NCBI GenBank assembly: GCA_038061225.1
Contig: JBBTZT010000003.1
Span: 257,515-321,514 of the forward strand
DNA: 64,000 nt
Source: Patescibacteria group bacterium
GTDB lineage: Bacteria; Patescibacteriota; Microgenomatia; UBA8517
Reading direction: 5' to 3'
Below the pieces are notes generated by a model. The model was given only the letters and a program-made list of their open reading frames with translations, did not search any database and was not told where the DNA came from. The position numbers and the translations under genes are program-made. Below are positions 36,530-47,329 of the stretch, one piece after another (within the stretch, counting starts at the first letter, position 1; the number at the start of each line of letters is the position of its first letter).

Positions 36530-37902
36530 AGACACCTTTAACTATTAAAGAAACACAAGAAGGATTAAAAGCAAAAAAATTTTCTGCTGTAGAACTAGTT
36601 GATTCATATCTTGCTCAAATTAATAAATATAATAAGGAATTTAATATATTTTTAACTGTCACTGAAGAACAGGCATACAAAAAGGCAAAAGAGATAGACA
36701 GATCAAATTTTCAAAGCCCACTCTCAGGTGTAGTAGTTTCGTACAAAGATATATTTTTAACCAAAGATGTAAGAACTACAGCTGGCTCAAAAATACTTGA
36801 AAGTTATATACCTCCATACTCTGCAACATCAGTTAATAGAATTGAAGCTGCTGGTGCAATCCCAATTGGAAAATTAAATTGTGACGCATTTGCTCATGGA
36901 TCAAGCGGAGAAAATTCTGATTTTGGAGTAACTAAAAACCCTTGGAATAAAGAGTATGTCACAGGTGGGTCTTCAAGTGGCCCTGCGGGTGCAGTTAGCG
37001 CTAATATGTCACTTGTTTCACTTGGTAGTGACACTGGTGGATCAACAAGGCAACCTGCAAATTTTTGTAATTTAGTAGGTCTTAAACCAACTTATGGCGC
37101 TATATCTCGTTATGGAGTCATAGCAATGTCTTCATCTTTAGATACAGTTGGTACATTTACACACACCGTAGGTGACATGGAAATAATGTACGACGTACTA
37201 AGAGGTGAAGATGGATTTGATGGAAATGTTAAAAACTTTGTAAAACCAGAGATAAAAAAGAGATTTAAATTAGGAATAGCTAAAGAATATTTTATAGATG
37301 GACTTGATGCTGAAGTTGAAAAAATGATTTTTGAAGTTAAAAAAACCTATGAAAAAATGGGGATTGAAGTTGTTGAAATATCACTTCCCCATACAAAATA
37401 TATGGTTCCAGTCTATTACATAATTCAGCCAGCCGAAGTATCAAGTAATTTGGGAAGATTTGATGGAATAAGATATGGAAATAATAGAAATAGTTTTGGC
37501 GAGGAAGCAAAACGAAGAATAATGCTTGGTAGTTATATACTCTCAGCTGGTTACTATGATGAATATTATGAAAAAGCTATGAAAGTTAGAACTAAAATAA
37601 TTAATGATTTTGATGAAGCTTTTAAAACAGTTGATGCGATTATTTCGCCTGTTTCTCCAACACCTCCATTTAAACTTGGTGAGAATACTAAAGATCCTTT
37701 AAAAATGTATTTAGAAGATGTTTATACAACTACTGCAAATTTAGTAGGTATACCATCATTAGCATTACCATCAACATTTTCTACGTCAGGCCTTCCTATT
37801 GGTTTCCAAATCATGGGGCCAAGGTTTTCTGAACATGCACTTTTTGAATTAGGAAGAAAATATCATCAAGAAATAGATTACAAACCCAAAATCGCATTAT
37901 GA
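36526..37902 (+). CDS. gatA: Asp/Glu-tRNA amidotransferase subunit A (amidase)
   Basis: Amidase signature GGSSSGPAGAVSANMSLVSLGSDTGGSTRQPA. Confidence 0.9.
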   Translation: MKTPLTIKETQEGLKAKKFSAVELVDSYLAQINKYNKEFNIFLTVTEEQAYKKAKEIDRSNFQSPLSGVVVSYKDIFLTKDVRTTAGSKILESYIPPYSATSVNRIEAAGAIPIGKLNCDAFAHGSSGENSDFGVTKNPWNKEYVTGGSSSGPAGAVSANMSLVSLGSDTGGSTRQPANFCNLVGLKPTYGAISRYGVIAMSSSLDTVGTFTHTVGDMEIMYDVLRGEDGFDGNVKNFVKPEIKKRFKLGIAKEYFIDGLDAEVEKMIFEVKKTYEKMGIEVVEISLPHTKYMVPVYYIIQPAEVSSNLGRFDGIRYGNNRNSFGEEAKRRIMLGSYILSAGYYDEYYEKAMKVRTKIINDFDEAFKTVDAIISPVSPTPPFKLGENTKDPLKMYLEDVYTTTANLVGIPSLALPSTFSTSGLPIGFQIMGPRFSEHALFELGRKYHQEIDYKPKIAL

Positions 37903-39182
37903 TTTACCAAATTATTATTGGCCTTGAAATACATATAGAGCCAAATACAAAATCTAAAATGTTTTGTGGTTGTCAAGAGGATCATTTTGGTGCAAAACCC
38001 AATACTCAAACTTGCCCAATTTGTTTAGGTTTACCAGGAGCTCTCCCAATTGCAAACAGTGAAGCAATTAAAAAAACAATGCAGTTGGGATTGGCGCTTG
38101 GATCTAATATTTCAAAAATAAGTAAATTCTATAGGAAACATTATTTTTATCCAGATTTAGCAAAAAGCTATCAAATTAGTCAAAAAGACAACCCATTTTG
38201 TATTGGCGGAAGTTTAATGGGTAAAAAGATAAACCATATTCACTTGGAAGAAGATGCAGGTAAATTAATCCATTCTAAAGATGAGTCACTTATTGATTTT
38301 AATAGATCAGGTTGCGCATTAATTGAAATGGTTACAGAACCAGTATTCCATGATATCTCTGAAGTTATGTCTTTTGTAAAAGAACTTCAGCTGGTTGTTA
38401 GATACTTAGATATTAGCAATGCTGACATGGAAAAAGGAACAATGAGACTTGAAGCCAACATCTCACTTTCTACTAGTGAAAAATTACCCAACTACAAAGT
38501 TGAATTAAAAAATATTAATTCGTTTAAATTTTTAGAGAAAGCAATTAAAACAGAAATTGAGCGTCAAACTAATGCGCTTAACAGCGGCCAGAAGCTGGCT
38601 CAAGAAACTAGAGGCTATGACGAAAAAACAAAAACTACATTCTCTCAAAGAACAAAAGCAGACTCAGACGATTATAGATATTTTCCAGAACCAGATATTA
38701 CTCCAATTGAGATTCCCGGATCAATGATCCTAGATCTAAGATCTAGGATACCAGAACTGCCAGAACAGAAACGCAAAAGATTTGCAGAGAAATATAAACT
38801 ATCTTCAGATTATATAAATATTTTAGTTTCTGATTTAGAAAGAGCAAATTATTTTGAAAAGGCCTGCAGTTTAAGTAAAGAATATAAAACTATTGCAAAT
38901 TTAATAATTAACAAAAATTTTGATAAAGAATATCCTGAACCTGCTGGACTTGTAAAAAAGATTTATGATTTAGGATCTAAGATGTATGAGTCAGCAAAAG
39001 TAACAAAAAATGCAGTAGAGAAAGTATTGATAGATAATCCTGATATTGTAACAAGTTATAAAAATGGTAAAGGTCAAGTAATTGGATTTTTAATAGGCCA
39101 AGTGCAAAAGAAATTAAAAGGGAAAGGAAATCCTAAACTTGTTAATGATAAAATAGTAGAATTGATTAGAAAGAATTTTTAA
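37899..39182 (+). CDS. gatB: Asp/Glu-tRNA amidotransferase subunit B
   Basis: N-terminal IGLEIHIE...CGC...CPICLGLPGALP. Confidence 0.9.
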   Translation: MIYQIIIGLEIHIEPNTKSKMFCGCQEDHFGAKPNTQTCPICLGLPGALPIANSEAIKKTMQLGLALGSNISKISKFYRKHYFYPDLAKSYQISQKDNPFCIGGSLMGKKINHIHLEEDAGKLIHSKDESLIDFNRSGCALIEMVTEPVFHDISEVMSFVKELQLVVRYLDISNADMEKGTMRLEANISLSTSEKLPNYKVELKNINSFKFLEKAIKTEIERQTNALNSGQKLAQETRGYDEKTKTTFSQRTKADSDDYRYFPEPDITPIEIPGSMILDLRSRIPELPEQKRKRFAEKYKLSSDYINILVSDLERANYFEKACSLSKEYKTIANLIINKNFDKEYPEPAGLVKKIYDLGSKMYESAKVTKNAVEKVLIDNPDIVTSYKNGKGQVIGFLIGQVQKKLKGKGNPKLVNDKIVELIRKNF

Positions 39183-39186
39183 AAAA

Positions 39187-39828
39187 ATGGCTGATATAAA
39201 TGTTGACTACATACATGGTATAGCCAATAAAGTTAATGATCGATTTGGCAATATCAGAGATGAATCCGGCAAGAAAATTCTTGAGACAAAAAATGGCACT
39301 TCAATTATAAGTGATTACGAAGACGCAGAACGAGATAAGGATCTATCCTCAAGAGATCCATTAACAAACCTTCATAATAGAAGATATCTCGAGGATATTG
39401 TTTCAAATGATGTTCGCAATAGGAGAACTGATTTTGGAATTTTATTAATAGATATTGATCATTTTAAATCTGTAAATGACATCTATGGTCACCATATTGG
39501 AGATGAAGTATTAAAAGCTGTTGCGTCAGAGATACAAAACGTCACAAGACCTGGTGACTTAGCTGTTAGATACGGTGGAGAGGAATTTGTAATTTATTTA
39601 ACTAGAATTAAGGACAGATTGAGTTTAGAAGCAGCTGCAGAAAGAGTTAGAGAAAACGTTGAAAATGTTGATTTTAAAAAATATGGATTAAAAAATTGCA
39701 CGATAAGCGTAGGGGGTACATTATTTTCACCTATTAAAGACCAGAGTTGGAAAAACGTGGTAAGCAGGGCGGATAAATTAATGTATGAAGCAAAGACTAC
39801 TGGTCGAAATAAAGTTGTTGTGGCATAA
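39187..39828 (+). CDS. GGDEF-domain diguanylate cyclase (stand-alone, no sensor domain)
   Basis: DPLTNLHNRRY, LIDIDHFKSVNDIYGH, RYGGEEFVI. Confidence 0.8.
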   Translation: MADINVDYIHGIANKVNDRFGNIRDESGKKILETKNGTSIISDYEDAERDKDLSSRDPLTNLHNRRYLEDIVSNDVRNRRTDFGILLIDIDHFKSVNDIYGHHIGDEVLKAVASEIQNVTRPGDLAVRYGGEEFVIYLTRIKDRLSLEAAAERVRENVENVDFKKYGLKNCTISVGGTLFSPIKDQSWKNVVSRADKLMYEAKTTGRNKVVVA

Positions 39829-39836
39829 TTTGTTTA

Positions 39837-42800
39837 ATGACTAAATTTGTTCATCTTCATAATCACACAGAATATTCGCTTCTTGATGGACTTTCACGAA
39901 TAAAAAGATTGTTTACATATGTAAGAGAAAACAATATGGATGCAATTGCTATAACAGATCATGGCGCTATGTATGGTGCTATTGAATTTTTTAAAGAGGG
40001 AAAAAGACAAGAAGTTAAACCAATAATAGGTCTTGAAGGTTATGTAACTCGTGATATGAAGGAAAAAATTAAGGATAATTATCACATTACTCTGCTTGCT
40101 AAAAACTATCAAGGTTATAAAAATTTAATGGAATTAACTTCAATTGCTCATATTGAAGGCTATTATTATAGACCAAGATTTACAAAAGAAATATTAAAAG
40201 AACATTCAAAAGGAATTATTTGTTTTTCGGGTTGTCCACAAGCTGAAATACCTCAATTTTTAATAGACGGAAATTTTAAAGAAGCAAAAAAACTTACCCA
40301 GTGGTACGCAGATTGTTTTAAAGATGATTTTTATATTGAACTACAAAGACATAATTATGGGAAAATACTACCAACAATTTCAGATCAAGCTTTGCATGCC
40401 TCACTTTCTGAAATTGAAAAAAATTGTAATAAAATTGAGGAAGGTGTAATTAAATTAAGCAGAACATTAGGTATTCCACTAGTTGCTACTAACGATTGTC
40501 ATTATATTAGAAAAGAAGATGCCGAGGCGCAAGATGCATTAGTTTGTATAGCAACAGGCAAAAATGTCTCTGACATAAAAAGATTAAGATACGTCGATAA
40601 TCCCGATTTCTATGTTAAAACTCCCGATGAAATGGAAGAAATATTTAATGACCTTCCTGATGCTATAGAAAACACAGTCAAAATTGCAGATAAATGTAAT
40701 CTTGAAATTCCATTAGGTTCTTGGTCATTCCCAAAATTTAATCTACCTAAAGGAAAAACAGATGCTGTGTATTTAGAAGAACTTGTAGCTAAAATTCTTC
40801 CTGAAAAGATTGAAAAAATAACTAAAGAAATAAAAGAAAGAATTAATTATGAATTAAATATTATAAACACCAAAGGTTATGCCCCTTACTTCTTAATAGT
40901 GATGGATATGGTTAATTGGTGTCTTGAAAATGGTATCATAACAAACACCAGAGGTTCTGCTGCAGGTTCTCTTGTGTCATATGTTTTAGGAATTACTACA
41001 GTTAATCCACTAACATACAACTTACCTTTTGAAAGGTTTTTAAACCCATACAGACCTTCTCCACCTGACATTGATTTTGATATATCAGATAATAGACGAG
41101 AAGATGTTATTAAGTATATAACTGATACATATGGAGTAGAAAAAGTTGCTCAAGTTTGTACTTTTGGCAGAATGCTTGCTAAAGCTGCTGTTAGAGATAT
41201 TGCAAGAGTTCTAGGTTACCCATATGCAACGGGAGATAAAATTGCAAAACTTATTCCACTTGGAAGCCAAGGTTTTGCTATGACAATGGAAAGAGCATTA
41301 AGTGAAACTCCTGATTTAAAAACTCTCTATGAAAATGATGCTGATACTAAAAAAATAATAGATCTAGCTATAGGAGTTGAAGGTAATGCAAGACATCTAT
41401 CGGTCCATGCTGCGGGAGTCGTTGTAGCTCCAACTAAATTAACAGATTTCGCGCCAATACAAAAAGAACCATCTGGAGAAAAAGTCATTACTCAATATGA
41501 AATGCATGCTTGTGAAGACGTGGGTTTAATCAAATTTGACGTACTGGGAATAAGAAATTTATCAATTTTGGGTAATGCTATAAAAATAGTTAAGGATACT
41601 AAAGGTGTTGATATTAATTTACAAAAAATTGACATTCACAATAAAAAAACATTTGAAATGTTATCTCGCGGCGAAACAATGGGGACATTTCAACTTAATG
41701 GTTCTGGTATGACTAAATTTTTAAAAGAACTAAAACCTACTAGAGTTGAAGATATTATGGCAATGGTAGCTTTATACCGTCCTGGTCCTTTGGCTGTTAT
41801 TCCAGAATATATATCTCGCAAAAATAATCCAAAACTTGTTAAATATTTAGATCCTAGAATGGAAAAGTTCTTGAACATGTCATATGGTTTAATTGTTTAT
41901 CAAGATGATCTATTATTCTGTGCTATTGATCTTGCTGGTTATTCGTGGGAAGAAGCGGATAAATTTAGAAAAGCGGTTGGTAAAAAAATACCTGAAGAGA
42001 TGGCTGCTCAGAAAGATAAATTTATAAAAGGAATTGTTGAAAATGGCCAAACAAAAAAATTTGCTGAAGAATTATGGATGTTATTTGAACCATTTCAATC
42101 ATATGGATTTAACAAAGCTCATGCTGCTTCGTATGGGATGGTAGCTTACTATACAGCTTATATGAAGGCAAACTATCCAGTTGAATATATGAATGCGTTG
42201 TTAACTGCAGAGAGCTCAGATTCTGTTAAAGTAAGCCAAGCTGTCCATGAATGTAGAAGGATGGGTATTGGAGTTTTCCCTCCTGATATAAATGAAAGTC
42301 AAACAGATTTTACTATTATAAATAAGCAGAGCTTGCCACTTCGTGGTAAAAGAGATATTCGTTTTGGACTTTCAGCTATTAAAAATGTTGGTGCTATAGC
42401 AATTGAAGCTATACTTGATGTTAGAAAAGCAGGTTTATTCCTATCTTTTACTGATTTTGTAAACCGTGTTGATGGCCGAAAAGTAAATAAAAGAGTTTTA
42501 GAGAGTCTAATTAAAGTAGGGGCAATGGAAAAGTTTGGTAAAAAGACTGCCTTACTATCTGCAATGGATATGATTAAGGCAAAACTTTCTAAATCAAAAG
42601 ATAATAATGGTCAGTCAGGTTTATTTTCAGAAGAAGATGAATCTAAGATTTCAGCTTTTGTTTCAGATTCTTCTCTAATTGATAACTCAATTGATGATTT
42701 TACGGACGAGGAAAGAGAAAACTTTGAGAGGCAACTTCTTGGTTTTTCAATATCTGCAAAACCAATAAATGAATTACTTGATCCTTTAGAAAATAATACG

Positions 42801-43109
42801 ACACATAAAATATTTGAACTTAATCCTGAAGAACAAAGGGGTAAAACAGTCAAAATTGCAGCTATAATTCGTGAAGCTAGAGTAATTTTAACCAAGAAAA
42901 ATAATTCCGAAATGGCTTTTGTTAAAGCTGAAGATACTACTGGAGTTGTTGATATGGTAGTTTTCCCCAAGATTTATCAAGATGTTAAAAACTTACTAGT
43001 TGATGGAAAAGTGGTTTTAATAACTGGAAAAGTTGAATCCAGAGAAGATGAAATTTCATTTATCGCAGAGCGTATAGAACTTGTAGAAACTATGGTTGAG
43101 AGTAAATAG
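39837..43109 (+). CDS. dnaE: DNA polymerase III alpha subunit
   Basis: PHP N-terminus FVHLHNHTEYSLLDG; polymerase core; OB fold; 1090 aa. Confidence 0.9.
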   Translation: MTKFVHLHNHTEYSLLDGLSRIKRLFTYVRENNMDAIAITDHGAMYGAIEFFKEGKRQEVKPIIGLEGYVTRDMKEKIKDNYHITLLAKNYQGYKNLMELTSIAHIEGYYYRPRFTKEILKEHSKGIICFSGCPQAEIPQFLIDGNFKEAKKLTQWYADCFKDDFYIELQRHNYGKILPTISDQALHASLSEIEKNCNKIEEGVIKLSRTLGIPLVATNDCHYIRKEDAEAQDALVCIATGKNVSDIKRLRYVDNPDFYVKTPDEMEEIFNDLPDAIENTVKIADKCNLEIPLGSWSFPKFNLPKGKTDAVYLEELVAKILPEKIEKITKEIKERINYELNIINTKGYAPYFLIVMDMVNWCLENGIITNTRGSAAGSLVSYVLGITTVNPLTYNLPFERFLNPYRPSPPDIDFDISDNRREDVIKYITDTYGVEKVAQVCTFGRMLAKAAVRDIARVLGYPYATGDKIAKLIPLGSQGFAMTMERALSETPDLKTLYENDADTKKIIDLAIGVEGNARHLSVHAAGVVVAPTKLTDFAPIQKEPSGEKVITQYEMHACEDVGLIKFDVLGIRNLSILGNAIKIVKDTKGVDINLQKIDIHNKKTFEMLSRGETMGTFQLNGSGMTKFLKELKPTRVEDIMAMVALYRPGPLAVIPEYISRKNNPKLVKYLDPRMEKFLNMSYGLIVYQDDLLFCAIDLAGYSWEEADKFRKAVGKKIPEEMAAQKDKFIKGIVENGQTKKFAEELWMLFEPFQSYGFNKAHAASYGMVAYYTAYMKANYPVEYMNALLTAESSDSVKVSQAVHECRRMGIGVFPPDINESQTDFTIINKQSLPLRGKRDIRFGLSAIKNVGAIAIEAILDVRKAGLFLSFTDFVNRVDGRKVNKRVLESLIKVGAMEKFGKKTALLSAMDMIKAKLSKSKDNNGQSGLFSEEDESKISAFVSDSSLIDNSIDDFTDEERENFERQLLGFSISAKPINELLDPLENNTTHKIFELNPEEQRGKTVKIAAIIREARVILTKKNNSEMAFVKAEDTTGVVDMVVFPKIYQDVKNLLVDGKVVLITGKVESREDEISFIAERIELVETMVESK

Positions 43110-43133
43110 ATTTTAATATATAATACTTCTCAA

Positions 43134-43493
43134 ATGGCATTAAGAATTAAACACAAAGAAATAGAATTTGGTGTTGGGGATAAAATAAAAGTCTTCCAGA
43201 AAATCAAAGAGGGTGAAAAAACTAGAATTGCTTTTTTTGAGGGTATGGTTTTATCTATTAGTGGCAGGGAGGATAGAAAAATGTTTACTGTTAGAAGAAT
43301 TGGTGAAGCAGCAATTGGCATAGAAAGAATCTTTCCAATTTCCTTACCTACAATTGAAAAAATAGAAGTTATTAAAAAAGGTACAATGGGAGTAAATCGT
43401 GCCAAGTTATATTACACCAGAGATAAATCCACAAAAGAAATAGATAAAATATATTCAAGATCCAAAAGAAAAGAATTATCTAAAAAGAAATGA
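43134..43493 (+). CDS. rplS: 50S ribosomal protein L19
   Basis: FGVGDKIKV....EGEKTRIAFFEGMVLS..G....FTVRR. Confidence 0.9.
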   Translation: MALRIKHKEIEFGVGDKIKVFQKIKEGEKTRIAFFEGMVLSISGREDRKMFTVRRIGEAAIGIERIFPISLPTIEKIEVIKKGTMGVNRAKLYYTRDKSTKEIDKIYSRSKRKELSKKK

Positions 43494-44008
43494 TAATTTT
43501 AGGAATTGATCCTGGGACAGCAACTACTGGTTTTGGTTGTATTGAAGTAACAGATATTTCAGCCATTTCAGGCAATGGTCTTCGTGTCGTTGAATGGGGC
43601 TTAATTGAAACAAACAAAGAACTTCTCAAAGAAGAACGTCTAGAAATTATCTACGAAAAAACTTTAAAATTGATAGAAAAATTTTCACCTGATGCTTTTA
43701 TTTTTGAAAAAGTGTTTTTTGCTAATAATGCAAAAACTGTAATTGCTGTTGGACAAGCACAGGGTGTAATGCTCTTGGCTGCAAGAAAATTAAATATATT
43801 TGTAGCTGAGTATGCACCTGGGACAATTAAGAAAATGATTACAGGTAGTGGTAGGGCAAATAAAAAAGAAGTACAAATTCATGTCAGAAAAATTTTAGGT
43901 AAAAAGATAAAAAGTAAAAAAGGTAAAAAAACTCATTTTGACAATGCGGTCGATGCTCTAGCAATAGCTATGACACATGCAATGAAAATTTATGGAAAAG
44001 ATGTTTAA
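43490..44008 (+). CDS. ruvC: Holliday junction resolvase RuvC
   Basis: IILGIDPGTATTGFG and a C-terminal AVDALAIA. Confidence 0.85.
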   Translation: MIILGIDPGTATTGFGCIEVTDISAISGNGLRVVEWGLIETNKELLKEERLEIIYEKTLKLIEKFSPDAFIFEKVFFANNAKTVIAVGQAQGVMLLAARKLNIFVAEYAPGTIKKMITGSGRANKKEVQIHVRKILGKKIKSKKGKKTHFDNAVDALAIAMTHAMKIYGKDV

Positions 44009-44267
44009 AATTGGAAAAGTAATTAATTATTATGAAAAAATTGGAATCACTATTGTTAAACTTAGTGCTCCTCTTTCAGTTGGAGATAAAATAAAGTTTT
44101 ACAAAGATGGTGAGTTAATTTTATATCAACAAATTGAAAGAATTATTATGAATCAAAAAAATATTCCCTTCGCAAATTCTAAAGATGTGGTAGCATTAGT
44201 TTTAGATGAAAAAGTACAAAAAGGGTCAGAAGTCTACAAAACAGGTCAGTTGGGAACTAGCTCCTGA
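43992..44267 (+). CDS. hypothetical small protein
   Basis: 91-aa ORF; no motif. Confidence 0.3.
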   Translation: MEKMFKIGKVINYYEKIGITIVKLSAPLSVGDKIKFYKDGELILYQQIERIIMNQKNIPFANSKDVVALVLDEKVQKGSEVYKTGQLGTSS

Positions 44268-44634
44268 TATAGAAACAAGAACTCAGAAATTAATTAAGGC
44301 GTTAGAACTTGAATGGCTTTCATATGGCAGAATTTTCTATTATAGATCAATAAATTCAAAGGCCAGAGCTTATGCTCGCGCATGGGGACTGCCAAGACTT
44401 TGGCAAAGAACCCTAAATGTTGAACCTGCCTATATTGTAGAGGTTATTTCTGAACATTTTGATTCGCTATCTCTAAAAGAACAAGATAAAGTATTACTTC
44501 ACGAATTGACACATATTCCAAGAAATTTCTCAGGTGCGCTTGTGGCTCATACTAGACACAAAAAAGGGAGTTTCCATGATAAACTGGATTTATTAATAGA
44601 AAAATACCATGCGGATAATAATATTACACGGTGA
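44206..44634 (+). CDS. putative zinc metallopeptidase (HExxH; SprT/DUF45-like)
   Basis: VLLHELTHIP...H (HExxH...H). The annotated start overlaps the upstream ORF, so the true start is uncertain. Confidence 0.4.
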   Translation: MKKYKKGQKSTKQVSWELAPDIETRTQKLIKALELEWLSYGRIFYYRSINSKARAYARAWGLPRLWQRTLNVEPAYIVEVISEHFDSLSLKEQDKVLLHELTHIPRNFSGALVAHTRHKKGSFHDKLDLLIEKYHADNNITR

Positions 44635-45160
44635 TGATGTAGTAAAAAGTTACGACAGACTTCAAAAGTTTGTCGGAGAGGCGAAACACCGATCATGGAA
44701 GATTACAGAATTTAGTTTAGAAGAAGTTACTAATCAAAGTCTCTTTGGCGAAGAATCCTTTTACGTGCTTCACGATTATAAAATATTAACTAAGAAAATT
44801 TTAGAAAAACTACAGAAATATTCTGGTAATCTAATCGTTTATAACCAAGGAAAAATTCCTGCACCAACTTTAAAGAATTTAGGAGCAAATAAAATTGAAT
44901 TGTTTGAACTACCACAGTTATTATGGAAATTCTTGGATAATATGACAATAATGGGTCTTCATGAGCTTATTAAATCACAAGCGGTTGAATATATATTAGC
45001 TATGATGGCTTGGAAATTTAAACAAAACTACCTTAAAAACTCATCAGAAAAAAATGCTAAATTAATTTCAGATCTTGCAGAAATAGATATTAAATCTAAG
45101 ACCGGAAAAGCAGATTTACTATTATCCCTTGACTTATTACTCTCAAAAAAGTTAGTATAA
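44609..45160 (+). CDS. possible DNA polymerase III delta subunit-like protein (short)
   Basis: N-terminal MRIIILHGDD..... resembles the HolA N-terminal domain. Low confidence. Confidence 0.3.
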   Translation: MRIIILHGDDVVKSYDRLQKFVGEAKHRSWKITEFSLEEVTNQSLFGEESFYVLHDYKILTKKILEKLQKYSGNLIVYNQGKIPAPTLKNLGANKIELFELPQLLWKFLDNMTIMGLHELIKSQAVEYILAMMAWKFKQNYLKNSSEKNAKLISDLAEIDIKSKTGKADLLLSLDLLLSKKLV

Positions 45161-46543
45161 ATGACTATTATGATTGACCCATCAATTTTCAGAGATTATG
45201 ACATTAGAGCAATAATTCCTACTCAACTTGACCAAGAAGGCGTGAGACGAATTGCAAAAGCTATTGTTAAAATATTCACGCCAAAAACAATGCAAGTTGG
45301 TCGCGACATGAGGGTTTCTTCTCCTGAATTTCAGAAAATTTTTATAGATACTGTCATCGATTGCGGTGTAAGTGTAGTTGATCTGGGACTTATATCAACT
45401 GATATGTTGTATTTTGCCTCAGGTAAATATGACGAAGATATGTCTATTACTTTGAGTGCGTCTCATAATCCACCTGAATATAACGGAATGAAAATAGTTA
45501 AAAAAGGTGCAGTGGCCGTAAGTGGTCAAAGTGGAATTTACGATATTAGAGATCTAGTAATGTCTGATGATAAATTAAATTTTAATAAAACGACTAAAGG
45601 ACAATTGACACAACGCAATGTAATAAACGAGTATGTAAATCATGTATTAAGTTTTATTGATGTTTCTAAAATGAAGCCATTTAATGTTGTAGTTGATACA
45701 GGTAATGGAATGGCTGGCTATTTTATGCCCTTTTTTGAGGAAAAGTTACCATGGAAGGTGGCAAGATTGTTTTATGAATTAGATGGAACTTTTCCAAATC
45801 ATACTCCAAGCCCAATAGAACTTAAAAATATGCAAGATGTTATAAATAAAGTTAACGAAACTAAAGCTGATGTGGGTATGGCATTCGATGGGGATGGAGA
45901 TAGAGTATTCTTAGTTGATGAAACGGGTAGATATATCACTGGAACTTTGATGACGGCAATGATTGCTGAAAATCTATCTATAAAACATCCTGGACAAAAA
46001 ATATTATATAACGCCGTGATAGGTAGAATTGTTCCAGAAATTATTAAAAAATACGGAGGAGACCCGATGCGTGTGCGTGTTGGACACACTTTGATTAAAG
46101 AAGATATGAGAAAATATAACGGCTTGTTTTGCGGTGAACATTCGGGACACTATTTTTTTAGGGATAACTATTTTGCGGATTCGGCAATTATTGCAGCGTT
46201 ATTAGTTTTAGAACTAATGTCTGTAAAGAATAAGAAACTTTCCGAGGTGATAGATGAATATAATAAATATTCTGCATTACAGAGCGAAATTAATTTTGTA
46301 GTTGCAGAGAAAGAAGATGTGATGAAAAAAATTGAAGCAAGGTATAAAAATGATGCAAAATCTATTGACTGGCTTGATGGAGTAAGTATTTGGTTTGATG
46401 ATTGGTGGTTTAATGTCAGACAATCAAACACAGAACCCTTATTAAGATTAAATGTTGAAGCTGATAACGATAAACTATTAGAAGAAAAAACCAAAGAATT
46501 AATAACCTCTATAGAATCTTTGGGAGGAAAAGAGAAAGTATAA
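45161..46543 (+). CDS. phosphoglucomutase/phosphomannomutase family protein
   Basis: Active-site loop TLSASHNPPEYNGMK; metal loop FDGDGDR. Confidence 0.85.
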   Translation: MTIMIDPSIFRDYDIRAIIPTQLDQEGVRRIAKAIVKIFTPKTMQVGRDMRVSSPEFQKIFIDTVIDCGVSVVDLGLISTDMLYFASGKYDEDMSITLSASHNPPEYNGMKIVKKGAVAVSGQSGIYDIRDLVMSDDKLNFNKTTKGQLTQRNVINEYVNHVLSFIDVSKMKPFNVVVDTGNGMAGYFMPFFEEKLPWKVARLFYELDGTFPNHTPSPIELKNMQDVINKVNETKADVGMAFDGDGDRVFLVDETGRYITGTLMTAMIAENLSIKHPGQKILYNAVIGRIVPEIIKKYGGDPMRVRVGHTLIKEDMRKYNGLFCGEHSGHYFFRDNYFADSAIIAALLVLELMSVKNKKLSEVIDEYNKYSALQSEINFVVAEKEDVMKKIEARYKNDAKSIDWLDGVSIWFDDWWFNVRQSNTEPLLRLNVEADNDKLLEEKTKELITSIESLGGKEKV

Positions 46544-47307
46544 TGGACATATTAGGATTTAAAAAATTTTCCGAAAATTTAACTCTTCAGGCGGGAAAGG
46601 TTCTTTTAGATTATCAAAATAAGTTTAAAATAGTCAATCAAAAAGATATCCAGGATATCGCAACTTCGGCAGATATTGCTTCAGAGGAATATATTATTAC
46701 AACTATACTGACTAAATATCCAACACATGGAATTATCTCAGAAGAAAAAGGAGGTATAAATACCGAATCAGAATATAAATGGATAATTGATCCTCTTGAT
46801 GGAACAAAAGAATATGTTCGTGGTATACCTCAATGGAATTGTTCAATCGTTTTACAATTCAAAAACGAAACTATTGTAGCTTGTGTCTATCGCCCGTATG
46901 AAAATGTGATGTATTCTGCAGGCAAAAGTTTAGGAAGTTTCAAAAACGGAGAAAATATCTATGTCTCAGATATTAACAATCTAGAGAATTCTTTTATCTA
47001 TTGCTATATTCCATCTTTTAAAAGAAATCAGGATAAATATGATTGGGCATTTGGTAAGTTAAAAGAAATTGGTAAAAAATCGTATAGATTAAGAGCTTTG
47101 GCAGATGAAAACACTGCTCTTTGTTGGTTGGCTTCGGGCGGGTGTGAAGCATATTTAAATTTATCCAATCCTCCAAAAGATCATGATATTTTACCTGGAC
47201 TTTTTATTGCAAAAGAAGCAGGGGCATTTAATTCAGTTAATGAAATTCCATTAGTTGTTGCAAATAGTGAAGATGTATATAATGAAATTTATAAGATACT
47301 TAAATGA
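46543..47307 (+). CDS. inositol monophosphatase family protein
   Basis: WIIDPLDGTKEY motif. Confidence 0.8.
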   Translation: MDILGFKKFSENLTLQAGKVLLDYQNKFKIVNQKDIQDIATSADIASEEYIITTILTKYPTHGIISEEKGGINTESEYKWIIDPLDGTKEYVRGIPQWNCSIVLQFKNETIVACVYRPYENVMYSAGKSLGSFKNGENIYVSDINNLENSFIYCYIPSFKRNQDKYDWAFGKLKEIGKKSYRLRALADENTALCWLASGGCEAYLNLSNPPKDHDILPGLFIAKEAGAFNSVNEIPLVVANSEDVYNEIYKILK

Positions 47308-47329
47308 ATTTAAGTGAAGATTATACAAA

